Origin: a virus
Lineage: Duplodnaviria; Caudoviricetes
Virus record (IMG/VR): IMGVR_UViG_3300025396_000041
Span: 1-34,458 of that record
Reading direction: 5' to 3' (one strand)
Length of the DNA: 34,458 bases
The notes beneath the pieces were generated by a model. The model saw nothing but the letters and a program-made list of their open reading frames with translations. It had not been told where the DNA came from and searched no databases. The translations under genes were made by a program, and so were the position numbers. Of this stretch, positions 1-9,503 are shown in pieces. Every line of letters starts with the position of its first letter. The stretch's first letter is position 1.

Positions 1-601
1 GTCCATAGATAGCAGACAGGTTACTACCATCACCGTAGAAGTATGATGCAACTGCTATATAACCTAAGTTAGCGTTTGCAGAAGTTAAGTTACCACCTGA
101 GCTAATGTTACCACTAACATTCAAGTTAGCCAATGTACCAACTAATGTGATATTAGATTGTGTTCTACCCGTTACGTTTGCTGCGTATGCGGCGTAATTT
201 GCATTACCTACAGTACCAGTAACATTAGCACCATTTAAACTAGTTAAACTTGCACCGTTCGCTACAATCTTATCAACTGTTAATGTATTTGAAGTTTTGT
301 CAAATGTTAGATTTGCACTGGCACCAAACGCACCATTGTCATTAAATTGGATCTGTGTGTTTGACCCTGTAACACCTACATCAAGTGGATTTTCCCAAGA
401 TAGTACACCTGAGCCATTTGTCTTTAATACATACCCAGCACTACCACCGGTGATTGTAAGGTTACTAATTGCACCTAAGTTTGTCGTACCAGTTACAGTT
501 AGGTTATTTGCAGAAACGTTGGCGTTAATGTCAACAACATCATAAATGGTTGTTTCACCTACTGAAAACCCCTGGACGGCATTAAACTTTTTGATTCCCA
601 T
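1..601 (-). CDS. Modular fibre/decoration-like virion protein, 3'-partial (runs off left end; absent from ORF track)
   Basis: ATG at 601-599 gives MGIKKFNAVQGFSVGETT..., and the frame is still open at the window edge (...YFYGDGSNLSAIYG). It shares the N-terminal FNxVxG[YF][ST]VG motif and the GYVLKTNGSGVLSW and TQIQFNDNGAFGASANLTFD modules with the 615-2696 protein. Confidence 0.85.
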   Translation of the reverse strand, partial: MGIKKFNAVQGFSVGETTIYDVVDINANVSANNLTVTGTTNLGAISNLTITGGSAGYVLKTNGSGVLSWENPLDVGVTGSNTQIQFNDNGAFGASANLTFDKTSNTLTVDKIVANGASLTSLNGANVTGTVGNANYAAYAANVTGRTQSNITLVGTLANLNVSGNISSGGNLTSANANLGYIAVASYFYGDGSNLSAIYG

Positions 602-614
602 GGTACCCTAAATT

Positions 615-2696
615 TTAGATTGTTGTATACTTAGTTGTCCATGTAGTAGAGTTACTACTAGACGGTGTCACTGCTATTTGAATATTTCCTGATGCGATAC
701 TTACCACAAACTGTCCACCTGCAGCACCTACACCAGATGAGAGAGATATTCCACCAAATACATCCCAGTCTACGTTTGCACCATCAGTAACCGCATGAAT
801 CTTAGCAATAGTATACTTATAATTAGTATCAACACCTTTTACAAAATATTCAACACCGTTGATTCCAGTTACTGGGAAAGTTGCAAGAATTTTAGCTGAT
901 GTACTTGAACTTGTTACAGTAGTTGCACCCTGTGTTGAGTTGCCAGTAACAAGACTAATGCCAGTTATAGTGTTAGCAGTAACGTTGTTTGCAGTAATAG
1001 TACCGGTAACGTTAGCATAACCAGTTATGTTTGCACCAGTTGGAGTAATAGTTACAGTTGTGTTTCCTGCCGCAGTGACAGTTACGTTACCACTTGCTGC
1101 AACGTTTACGTTACTTGTACCATTAGTAATACTACTTGTACTTACAGTAGACCAAGATAGTACGCCCGATCCGTTTGTCTTCAAGAATTGACCAGAAGTA
1201 CCATCGGTAGTTGGATATGTCAATCCACTAGCAATAAATGTTCCTGAAACAGTTAAACTTGATAATGTACCTACGCTAGTGATGTTTGGCTGTGCGTTGG
1301 TAGTTAAGTTACCTGCAACTGTTGTAGCATTAACATTACCAATGAAAGTTAAACCATGAATGTTAGCATATACGTTTGGTGTTACAACACCACTTGATAT
1401 ACTTAATACATCAGCGATAGCACGGAATTCATTGTTTACTGAACTCCAAATCCATGCTTGATTGATTGGACCTGTTAAATTATGTGAGTCGTAATTATGT
1501 AATAACAAACCACGATCTTTACCATCATAGCTAGTCAAGTTAGCTCCGTTACCAGAACCACCAATATCAATTAATAAGTCTTCAACTGCTAAGTTAGTTA
1601 CGTTTAAGTATGTTGTTGAACCAGCTACAGTTAAATTACCTTGAACTGTCAAGTCACTATTCAATTGTGTAGCACCTTGAACTGTCAATGATCCAACGTT
1701 AGCATTGTTTGCTGATTGGAATGCATCAACTTTAATTACGTTACCGGTTGCTCTAATGTATCCAGTAGAACCACCAATAAAGATGTTAGAGCCAGCCCAA
1801 ACGTTACGCCATGCACTTGAGCTATTACCCAAATCATAAGTGTTGTTTGTAGCAGGTATCCATGAACTCAATACAGCACCTGTTACACTTACGTTACCTG
1901 TATATATGTTGCCAGAGTTTGCGTTAGCAGTAACAGTTAAACTTGTTAATGTACCAACACTTGTAATATTAGGTTGTGCACCAGTAGTTAATGTACCTTG
2001 ATGGTAGTTAGCAATTACTAAGTTACCTAAGTTAGCAGTACCAGTTGCTACCAAGTTAATGTTATCGACAGCTAATGTATTAGATGTTTTATTAAAGGTA
2101 AAGTTAGCACTACCAGCAAATGAACCATTATCATTAAATTCAACTTGTGTGTTAGAACCACCGATACCAACACTACTTGGGCTTACCCAAGTTAATGCAC
2201 CTGAACCATTTGTTTGTAGAACGTAGCCTGTGCTACCACCACTAATGTGAATATTTGAAACGGGACCTAATGTAACGTTCGCAGAACTAGTAAAGTTAAC
2301 TGTACCATTTGCATTCAAGTTTGCAACATTAGCGTTGCCACTTGAGTTAAGATTAGTGATGTTACCTGTACCGGTTAATGTTAATAAATTGGTACCATCA
2401 AATGTCAAGTTAGCACTGCCACCTAAATCACCGGCGTTGTTAAATTGTAATTGACCGGTAGAACCACCTGCTTGCAAGAAGTCCCATGCAACTCCGTTAG
2501 CATGTAGTAAGTTATCAGTTAATAATCTAGTTGTGTAGAGATTACCATTGCCCGCTGACAAATAGATGTTTGCATTGCCTGGCAGAGTTGATGAAACTAC
2601 ATAACCTAGCGTAATATCACTATTCGCTAAGATCACATTTGCTGGGGTTTCGCCTACTGAGTAGCCACCAACTGAGTTAAAGAGTCTAATCGCCAT
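615..2696 (-). CDS. Gly/Asn/Thr/Ser-rich modular fibre or head-decoration protein (693 aa)
   Basis: Long ORF with internal repeats (AQPNITSVGTLxSLTV x2; TNGSGxLxW x2; [QE]FNxxGxxxGSANxTF x2). Lies downstream of the capsid gene. Exact virion location is inferred. Confidence 0.7.
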   Translation of the reverse strand: MAIRLFNSVGGYSVGETPANVILANSDITLGYVVSSTLPGNANIYLSAGNGNLYTTRLLTDNLLHANGVAWDFLQAGGSTGQLQFNNAGDLGGSANLTFDGTNLLTLTGTGNITNLNSSGNANVANLNANGTVNFTSSANVTLGPVSNIHISGGSTGYVLQTNGSGALTWVSPSSVGIGGSNTQVEFNDNGSFAGSANFTFNKTSNTLAVDNINLVATGTANLGNLVIANYHQGTLTTGAQPNITSVGTLTSLTVTANANSGNIYTGNVSVTGAVLSSWIPATNNTYDLGNSSSAWRNVWAGSNIFIGGSTGYIRATGNVIKVDAFQSANNANVGSLTVQGATQLNSDLTVQGNLTVAGSTTYLNVTNLAVEDLLIDIGGSGNGANLTSYDGKDRGLLLHNYDSHNLTGPINQAWIWSSVNNEFRAIADVLSISSGVVTPNVYANIHGLTFIGNVNATTVAGNLTTNAQPNITSVGTLSSLTVSGTFIASGLTYPTTDGTSGQFLKTNGSGVLSWSTVSTSSITNGTSNVNVAASGNVTVTAAGNTTVTITPTGANITGYANVTGTITANNVTANTITGISLVTGNSTQGATTVTSSSTSAKILATFPVTGINGVEYFVKGVDTNYKYTIAKIHAVTDGANVDWDVFGGISLSSGVGAAGGQFVVSIASGNIQIAVTPSSSNSTTWTTKYTTI

Positions 2697-2707
2697 TTTT
2701 CTTGTCC

Positions 2708-3400
2708 TTATTCTTTATAGCTTGTTACCATTATCTTGTAAGTGATAGTATCTGAAGACATTGGATTTACTGTTAAATTTACATTACTTGTTCCATCATA
2801 TACAACTGAGAAGTCAGCAACGCCTGGGCTAGATTGCGGAACATCAATTGTACCATATTCATAGAATCCAACTTCAGTACCTAATACACTTGCAAATAAT
2901 TTGCTAGTTTGTCTAGTGTTAGCAGTGGTATCAGTAGCAATGATTGTATAGTCAACTGAACAAATTGCATTTGCATGTTGTGAATGCAATACTTGTCCAG
3001 CAGCACTACTAAAAGTAGTTGCCATTACAACGGTTGTTGTTGAAAATTCATTTACACCTGTGCCTACAGTAAATGAACTTGCTTCTATTCTACCGGTAAC
3101 TGTTAGTAATGCACCGGTAGGATTAAAAGTAAATTCACTACTAGATGATGCTGCTCCACTTTCATTGAACAATACCCAACCATCTAAGCCTGGAGTAATT
3201 AAGTTACCAGAAATATTACCACTGAAGCTACCAATAAAAGTATTAGCTACAATGTTACCAGTAACAACTTGGTCACCGCTAATAGTAACATTACCGATGT
3301 TTGCTTGGTTTACTGTTAAATTTCCGTTAGCGTCTATAATAGGTATTGGAGGAATTCCTACTGTATATCCACCTACTGAATTAAATGCATCAACTGCCAT
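2708..3400 (-). CDS. Short paralogue of the fibre/decoration family (~230 aa)
   Basis: Start moved from the track's 3412 to the ATG at 3400 (MAVDAFNSVGGYTVG), which aligns with the paralogue starts and has GGGA upstream. C-terminal domain resembles that of 615-2696. Confidence 0.7.
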   Translation of the reverse strand: MAVDAFNSVGGYTVGIPPIPIIDANGNLTVNQANIGNVTISGDQVVTGNIVANTFIGSFSGNISGNLITPGLDGWVLFNESGAASSSSEFTFNPTGALLTVTGRIEASSFTVGTGVNEFSTTTVVMATTFSSAAGQVLHSQHANAICSVDYTIIATDTTANTRQTSKLFASVLGTEVGFYEYGTIDVPQSSPGVADFSVVYDGTSNVNLTVNPMSSDTITYKIMVTSYKE

Positions 3401-3428
3401 GTATGGTCCCAAATATTATCTTATCATT

Positions 3429-3436
3429 TATTTATC
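3429..3436 (-). promoter_or_regulatory. Putative late promoter GATAAATA
   Basis: T4 late-like box (TATAAATA) between the capsid terminator and the fibre genes. The same motif recurs at several structural gene starts. Confidence 0.65.
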
Positions 3437-3464
3437 ATTTTTTGACAATAGCTTCCTGTAGTGC

Positions 3465-3492
3465 CAACAAAAAGGGAGACCTTAGTCTCCCT
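3465..3492 (-). terminator. Intrinsic terminator after major capsid gene
   Basis: Stem AGGGAGAC (3473-3480)/GTCTCCCT (3485-3492) with a 4-nt loop, followed by TTTTGTT on the minus strand. Confidence 0.85.
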
Positions 3493-3539
3493 AATTGTAA
3501 CTTCCCATCCCGATGAGAATAAAAGTTTTGATTCCTTGA

Positions 3540-4751
3540 TTATTGGAATGTGATGTTAGACATCGCAATTTCACCCAAGTAGTCAGCAGCATTGCCGAAG
3601 CTAGATGCTGTGTTTGTCAATTCGATATAACCATAACGTGTCATAAATGATACGACTGGTTCGAATGTACCTGGATCCAATACAACACCGCTGCTCATCA
3701 ATGGAATGTATGGGCAATAGAATGCTGCTGCGTCTGTTTCGCTAGAACCTTTGTAACCAACTAGAACTGGTGTATTGTCTGCTGCATATGTGTTAACGAA
3801 AACACGCATTGCACCATTCAATGTACCAACCAATTTTGTATTTGTTGGAGCTTCGAAAGTACCTTCTGTTGTACGTGCAAAAGCTGAAGTAGTTGCAGAT
3901 TGCAATACTGTCAATGCTTGTGGACTTACAACTGCCCAGTTACCTGCACCGCGACGTGTACGTTGAGCGATCAAGTTAGCAACGCGGTTAATTAAAACTG
4001 CCAATGCTGCGTGTTCGTCACCAACGAAAGTAGCTGTACCAGATACTGTAGCTTGGTTGTATGTTGCTTCTGTAGAAGCCAATGTTGACAATGACAATAG
4101 AATTTCTTGGTCAATTTCAGCAGTGATTTCTTGTGCCAAAGCTGCCATGATTTCTGCTTCAACGTCAATACCGTGTTGTGATTGAGCGTCTTGAGCAGCT
4201 TCAAATGTCCAACGTGCTTGCAACTTACGTGACTTAGCTTCAACAGCTTGACGCAAGATTTGTACGCTGATTTGTTTACCGCCGTTACCTTCCAAGTTTG
4301 CTGTTGGAGCACCAGTATAACCAGAAGCTGATGTAGCGTCTGAACGTACTGTTGAGTATGCTTGTGCAATCTTGAATGGAGACAATGCTTCTTCTCCGCC
4401 TGTAACATCACCGGCACCGCCACCACCGTATGGGAAGTCAGAACCAGTTACGCTGTTAGCGTAGCGAACACGTAGAGTGTGAATTTGACCAACTGGGCCA
4501 GTCATTGGTTGAACACCAACTAGCTCGTTAGCAATAACTGTTGGCATAACACGACGGATAACTGGAAGAATCACACGGTTTAATGTAGCGATGTTACCAG
4601 CTGTAGTTGTGCCTGCAACAGATTCAGACAATAATGATTTGCGAGTGTTTTCTAAGATAACACCCATCGTTGATTTACGAGTACCTTTAAGACCTTCAAG
4701 TAGGGCTTCTTTAGTCTCATCCCAACGGCTTTCTAATAGAACTTGTGACAT
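3540..4751 (-). CDS. gp23: Major capsid protein (T4 gp23-like)
   Basis: Motifs RRVMPTVIANELVGVQPMTGPVGQIHTLRVRY, AKSRKLQARWTFEAAQD, AFYCPYIPL, FMTRYG. Strong SD AGGAGA. Confidence 0.97.
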   Translation of the reverse strand: MSQVLLESRWDETKEALLEGLKGTRKSTMGVILENTRKSLLSESVAGTTTAGNIATLNRVILPVIRRVMPTVIANELVGVQPMTGPVGQIHTLRVRYANSVTGSDFPYGGGGAGDVTGGEEALSPFKIAQAYSTVRSDATSASGYTGAPTANLEGNGGKQISVQILRQAVEAKSRKLQARWTFEAAQDAQSQHGIDVEAEIMAALAQEITAEIDQEILLSLSTLASTEATYNQATVSGTATFVGDEHAALAVLINRVANLIAQRTRRGAGNWAVVSPQALTVLQSATTSAFARTTEGTFEAPTNTKLVGTLNGAMRVFVNTYAADNTPVLVGYKGSSETDAAAFYCPYIPLMSSGVVLDPGTFEPVVSFMTRYGYIELTNTASSFGNAADYLGEIAMSNITFQ

Positions 4752-4781
4752 TTATGTTTCTCCTAAATATGTCTTTTAATT

Positions 4782-5879
4782 TTAAAGCCCTGCCAAACGT
4801 CTTAGACTAATCACGTTATCACGAGATTCATCATCAGCTTGTTTAACAGTTTTATCCCCAGTAACAGCTTTTACTGATTCAGATAAGACAGGTTTTTTAT
4901 TCTCTTTCTTCTCTGTAACAGTATTTAAAACTGCTGGTAGATACTTATCAAAAGCGGCCTGTAGACGAGGTGTTTGGACGCTTTCTAGTAAGTTACGCAT
5001 TACACTTGCTTTTTCCTCATTTAGAGTACCTAGCAATTCATCCATAGCTTTTTGACGGCTATTAGATTCTTTAATAATACGAACTTCACGTTCTTTGCTT
5101 TCCACTAATTTCTTAGCTTGAGCGATTTGTACGGTAGATTCCGCCAATTGTTGTTCTTTTTGTGCTAATGCTTGCATTAGGCCACGTGTTTCTGCTTTTT
5201 CATTTAAGTAAGTAGCAGAGAATTCGGTAGCGAAAGATTCAAAGATTTTACGACCAAAATCGTTTTCACGAGCGATCTTAATATCTTCTTTCAACTGACT
5301 TAGTTCACCCTTAAGATGTTTTGCAACAGATTCGTTAACTCTCTTAGCACTTTCAGCAACAAATTGTGCTTTCAATGCTTCTAATTGTTTACGACCTTCA
5401 GCAACTAATTTGACCTTAGCTTCAACAACGGCTTGTTTATCTTGTGAGAATTCTTTGATTTCACGAGCTAATGCACCAACAATAAATTGTTCTAGTTTGT
5501 TTTGGCTTTCTTTTTGAATTGAACGTTCGGTACGCAATTCTTTGATTTCTTCGGCTAAGTGTTTAACCATGAAGTCATTGAACTTGCTTGCGTTTTCACG
5601 CAATTTTTGTTGCGCTTTAACGCGGTCTTCATTCATTGCTTGTTTTTCTGCTTTAAATTCTTCAATTTCAGCAGATAAACCATCTGTCATCATTTTATCT
5701 AGGGCTTCTACCATTATTGTTTTATCGTGTTCAAATCGTTGTGCGAATTCTTCACGTAATTCAGCACGAACTTGTTCACGGGCTTCATTCAACTTAGATT
5801 CCCATGCCTCGTTTATAGCTTGGCTAGTTTCTTCGTTGATAATACCACTTTCAAGTAATGGTTTGATAGCATCAAACAT
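4782..5879 (-). CDS. gp22: Prohead core scaffolding protein (T4 gp22-like)
   Basis: Glu/Lys/Ala-rich coiled-coil protein between protease and capsid genes. Contains the GRKIFESF motif and many LxE/IxE sites. Confidence 0.85.
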   Translation of the reverse strand: MFDAIKPLLESGIINEETSQAINEAWESKLNEAREQVRAELREEFAQRFEHDKTIMVEALDKMMTDGLSAEIEEFKAEKQAMNEDRVKAQQKLRENASKFNDFMVKHLAEEIKELRTERSIQKESQNKLEQFIVGALAREIKEFSQDKQAVVEAKVKLVAEGRKQLEALKAQFVAESAKRVNESVAKHLKGELSQLKEDIKIARENDFGRKIFESFATEFSATYLNEKAETRGLMQALAQKEQQLAESTVQIAQAKKLVESKEREVRIIKESNSRQKAMDELLGTLNEEKASVMRNLLESVQTPRLQAAFDKYLPAVLNTVTEKKENKKPVLSESVKAVTGDKTVKQADDESRDNVISLRRLAGL

Positions 5880-5891
5880 GCTTTATCCCCT

Positions 5892-6524
5892 TTAAATTTT
5901 GAGGTCCTTGATAAGACGAACCATTTCGTCTTTCAGGTATCTCTGAACTTTTTTGTCGCCTTGGGCGTCTTTTGCAATCTCAAGTAACTTATGACCATGA
6001 CGCATGTTCATCATGCCTTCATAAATTGCTTTGGGATATGCATTAGGTGCGCTTGGTTGTGCAACAATATCCACAGTGACTATTTCAAAGTCACTAACTT
6101 GGCCATTCATATCGTTAACGTTGCCGCTACCTCTACTACTGACTCCGAGTTTCACACCACTCTCCAACATTGTAGACACTAACTGTCCCATTGGAGTTGG
6201 TAATATTTTTAACTTGCCGAATCCATTTGCACCATCCATCCACATTTGAGTAATCATATGTGATACACGATCCAAATTGATTTTTAAATCATCAGGGTGA
6301 TCTACTTCACCTAATACTGAATAACCTGTTTTGATTTGTTCATTAAGAGTATCAACAGCAGATTCAATTTCAGAAACAGGGTAAACACGCTCGTTAGCGT
6401 TTTTAACCCCGCCCTGAATGAAGATCCCTTTCATATAAAGGGACTTCTTACTGCCTTCACCTTCGCTTTCAACTATGATATTAGCACGGTCGAAAGTTAG
6501 GTTTTCTCTGAGATACAAAGCCAT
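5892..6524 (-). CDS. gp21: Prohead protease (T4 gp21-like)
   Basis: Motifs GIFIQGGVKNANERVYP, GEVDHP, GVSSRGSG, VDIVAQPSAPNAY. Confidence 0.95.
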   Translation of the reverse strand: MALYLRENLTFDRANIIVESEGEGSKKSLYMKGIFIQGGVKNANERVYPVSEIESAVDTLNEQIKTGYSVLGEVDHPDDLKINLDRVSHMITQMWMDGANGFGKLKILPTPMGQLVSTMLESGVKLGVSSRGSGNVNDMNGQVSDFEIVTVDIVAQPSAPNAYPKAIYEGMMNMRHGHKLLEIAKDAQGDKKVQRYLKDEMVRLIKDLKI

Positions 6525-6537
6525 TTCTCAGGTATCC

Positions 6538-7389
6538 TTACTTCTTAATGATTTTCTTAGTAGTCTTACGAGATTCACCTACGATAGACTTAGTGTTTTG
6601 ACCGTCATCACCATGCTTTGGTTTTGGAGCTGCTTCACCTTTTTCACTGAAGTTACCTTTGCCTGGAGCATTCTTAAATGTACCAGCACCTTTTAGGTCT
6701 TTAGTTGTTGGGTTTAACAAACCACCTTGTGTACCACCTTTAGTTGACTCACCGCCGCCTAATGATACAACTTTAGCACCATTACTAGAGATTTTTGTAT
6801 TCTTGTTTAATGATGGGCTTTTTGTGTAAGCACCATTGTCACCGTGTGTTACGGAAACTTTTTGCAATTGAACTGCTTCTTCCAAAGTTTCTTCTTCATC
6901 ATCTTCATCATCTTCAGATGCTTCCATCATGTCTTCTTCATCATCTTCAGAAGATTCCATCATGTCATCACCGTGTTCTTCACCTTCGTCACCAAAGTCT
7001 TCACCGTGTTCTTCACCGTCTTCTTGAGCCATTAGTTCTTCAAACTCGGCCATCAATTCGTCTAGTTTGTCTTCTAAGTCAACAACACGGTCTTCTAGGT
7101 CTTCTTCACCACCTTCTTCACCGCCAAACTCGTCAGAGTCTAGGTCAACTTGGTCATCGCCTTCGATGTCATCAAATTCTTCTTCGCCTTCACCAATGCC
7201 TTCTTCCTCAGCACCGATCTCGTCTAATAGTCCACCAACTTGGTCTTGTGAACCAAATTCTTCGTCCATTAGGCTTTCATAAATTTCACGGCTTTTTTCT
7301 ACCACAATATCGTGGAACAAAGCACGTGCTTTAGATTCGTCCTCATTGATAATCAAATCCATGAGTTGTTCAAACTTTTTATTATCCAT
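6538..7389 (-). CDS. Acidic prohead core/internal scaffold protein
   Basis: Very D/E-rich N-terminal two thirds and a basic Gly/Lys-rich tail. Sits between portal and protease, the position of T4 gp67/68. SD AGGAGA. Confidence 0.7.
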   Translation of the reverse strand: MDNKKFEQLMDLIINEDESKARALFHDIVVEKSREIYESLMDEEFGSQDQVGGLLDEIGAEEEGIGEGEEEFDDIEGDDQVDLDSDEFGGEEGGEEDLEDRVVDLEDKLDELMAEFEELMAQEDGEEHGEDFGDEGEEHGDDMMESSEDDEEDMMEASEDDEDDEEETLEEAVQLQKVSVTHGDNGAYTKSPSLNKNTKISSNGAKVVSLGGGESTKGGTQGGLLNPTTKDLKGAGTFKNAPGKGNFSEKGEAAPKPKHGDDGQNTKSIVGESRKTTKKIIKK

Positions 7390-7426
7390 TGTTTATCTCC
7401 TAAGTGTAAATGGCTTCTTGTAGAAT

Positions 7427-7434
7427 TATTTAGT
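7427..7434 (-). promoter_or_regulatory. Putative late promoter ACTAAATA for the core-protease-scaffold-capsid operon
   Basis: Late-box variant directly downstream of a terminator and ~38 nt before the 7389 start. Confidence 0.65.
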
Positions 7435-7443
7435 GGGTATCAT

Positions 7444-7473
7444 AAAAAAGAGCACAATAAGTGCTCACTTTTT
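7444..7473. terminator. Probable (possibly bidirectional) intrinsic terminator
   Basis: AAAAAA-GAGCAC-AATAA-GTGCTC-ACTTTTT: a 6-bp stem with a T-run downstream on both strands. Confidence 0.65.
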
Positions 7474-7494
7474 ACGTTTTCATTAAAGATATGC

Positions 7495-7716
7495 TTATAA
7501 TGCTGGTGTTTCAGCAACAGGTTCATATTGTTTACGAATTTTCTTTAAATTTTTAGATTTTTCATAGTTACGAACATCAAGCATTTTACGTAGTTTACGT
7601 ATCTGTCTTAATGTTAATTTTGTTTTTCTTGTCTCGCCCCATTTTATTTTACTGTTATCTTTACTAGTGTCTTGATAACCATCAATCGGTGCATCGTACA
7701 TTTCAAATAGTTTCAT
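7495..7716 (-). CDS. Small basic head-module protein (73 aa)
   Basis: Fills the gap after the portal, with AGGA upstream. N-terminal MKLFE resembles a prohead protease site. Confidence 0.75.
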   Translation of the reverse strand: MKLFEMYDAPIDGYQDTSKDNSKIKWGETRKTKLTLRQIRKLRKMLDVRNYEKSKNLKKIRKQYEPVAETPAL

Positions 7717-7728
7717 GTTAATTTCCTA

Positions 7729-9498
7729 TTACATTGGTGGAGGTGGAGTTGCGCCAGCTAATTCAGGTCCGCCCATAGCCGGAGTTGTTTCTCCACCCAT
7801 ATTGTCACCGCCCTCTGGTGATTGTTCCATATTATCAATTGATTCAGTATCTTGGTCGATATCACCTGCACTAATACCAATACTACGTAAATCACCACCT
7901 TCTGGTCCAGATTGTTCTGGGTCTTCACGTTCTTCAAACCATAGTCGTTGATTTTCTTCAATTTCTTCTTTGGTCAAGCCCAAGAAACGTTCCATAGCAA
8001 AACGTTTGCTAATATAAGGAAATGCTTCCATTGTTTGAAATACTGACACACGTGCATTATCTAGTTCACTCTGACGATAGGCTGCAAAGTTTTGTGGCTT
8101 GTTAAACTTAATATCAAACAATCCACTATCAATGTTAAAACCTCTCCAACGCAAGAACAACTTAAATTCTTCGTTCAACTTCTGACTGATATAGTTTTGT
8201 AGTCGCTCACAGTATTGATTGAAACGAAACTCTTGAATCATTGCTGTACCAACACGACCATCACTTAGTGGCATAGGATTGTCTTCAGGACCTTGCGGCA
8301 AATAACTACTTGGAACACGTAGACCACGTGCTAGTCTGTTGTTGAAGTAACGCAAGTCATCAATCTCACCTAAGTTTTGTCCACCTTGTAACATTTCAAC
8401 ACTTGATCCACGGCCATCTGCTGTTACTGGGAAGAAATAATCTTCGTTCATGCTTAATGGATTATATGTAGCATCCATCATAGCTTGCCCACCACCTACA
8501 CTTGGAATACGTCTTTGGTGAATTTCGTTTTTAACACGGTCAACATAAGCCATAGCCATGTGACTTGGCATGTTACCAACGTCAATTTTGAACACTCTGC
8601 GTTCAGGAGCACGTTGTACACGATAGATTAAGATAGCATCTTCTAATAATTCTTTTTGCTTATAAACTTTAAAGATGTTCTCTAAAACACTCATGCCAAA
8701 AGGCCAATATCTGTCCAAGCCTTCAGTTAAACTTAGATGAACTACATGTTTCGCATCTATGGCAGCTTCATTCAATGCTAAACTAAAACGACTTCCCGCT
8801 GTTCCGGATGGCATACTTGGAACTGTATAACCTTGACTAGCTATACCACCGCCTGTGCCACCAAATCCTGTACTAGGGTTAGCTTGGAAGTCTGTGGAAA
8901 CTTTCTCAGCAACACTCAAATTCTGTAAATTAGGGTTAATGTCTTTGATAACATACTGCTCAGGCTTTTTACCTTCTGTTTCATTAACAACAACTTTAGT
9001 AACTTTGACCATATCAACCCAGTATAACTTGAAATTTTCTGGGTCACGAATGAACACTTGATCTCCATATTTGATTGCATTACGGAAAACTTTAAACACT
9101 CTGGTCTCAAATTCATTCAGTTTACACCACTGTTGTAGTTGTTTTTTAAGTATTTCTACTTCATGCGGAGTAGGATCTTCACGGAATTCTATCTCAAAAG
9201 GTGTGTTATTTTGCTCGTTTTTCTGTGTACTGAACTCAGCAATAATGTCTAAACATGCATTAACTTCTGCATCAACATCCATCATTTCATACTGATTATA
9301 ACGTTCAATACGGTTTGGGTGTCCTGTATAAACTTCAGGTAAACGGCTCATGTAGTTCTTGTAACCAAACTCACTATTGTTGTAGCCGCCATCTTGTTCG
9401 CTACCCATGCCATTATTCCAGGCTCCCTTATTACTGTTGATACCAGAAATAGGACCTAGTTGACCGGTTAAATTGGAAAAACGCTTTTTATATGCCAT
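7729..9498 (-). CDS. gp20: Portal vertex protein (T4 gp20-like)
   Basis: Motifs LLEDAILIYRVQRAPERRVFKIDVGNMP, EDYFFP, GQNLGEIDDLRYF, LRVPSSYL. Confidence 0.96.
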   Translation of the reverse strand: MAYKKRFSNLTGQLGPISGINSNKGAWNNGMGSEQDGGYNNSEFGYKNYMSRLPEVYTGHPNRIERYNQYEMMDVDAEVNACLDIIAEFSTQKNEQNNTPFEIEFREDPTPHEVEILKKQLQQWCKLNEFETRVFKVFRNAIKYGDQVFIRDPENFKLYWVDMVKVTKVVVNETEGKKPEQYVIKDINPNLQNLSVAEKVSTDFQANPSTGFGGTGGGIASQGYTVPSMPSGTAGSRFSLALNEAAIDAKHVVHLSLTEGLDRYWPFGMSVLENIFKVYKQKELLEDAILIYRVQRAPERRVFKIDVGNMPSHMAMAYVDRVKNEIHQRRIPSVGGGQAMMDATYNPLSMNEDYFFPVTADGRGSSVEMLQGGQNLGEIDDLRYFNNRLARGLRVPSSYLPQGPEDNPMPLSDGRVGTAMIQEFRFNQYCERLQNYISQKLNEEFKLFLRWRGFNIDSGLFDIKFNKPQNFAAYRQSELDNARVSVFQTMEAFPYISKRFAMERFLGLTKEEIEENQRLWFEEREDPEQSGPEGGDLRSIGISAGDIDQDTESIDNMEQSPEGGDNMGGETTPAMGGPELAGATPPPPM

Positions 9499-9503
9499 AG
9501 ATA

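Noticed and set aside
4763-4769. CTAAATA on + upstream of the capsid gene as an antisense late promoter
   Set aside because: It overlaps the complement of the SD and its AT-rich flank, so it is likely coincidental.
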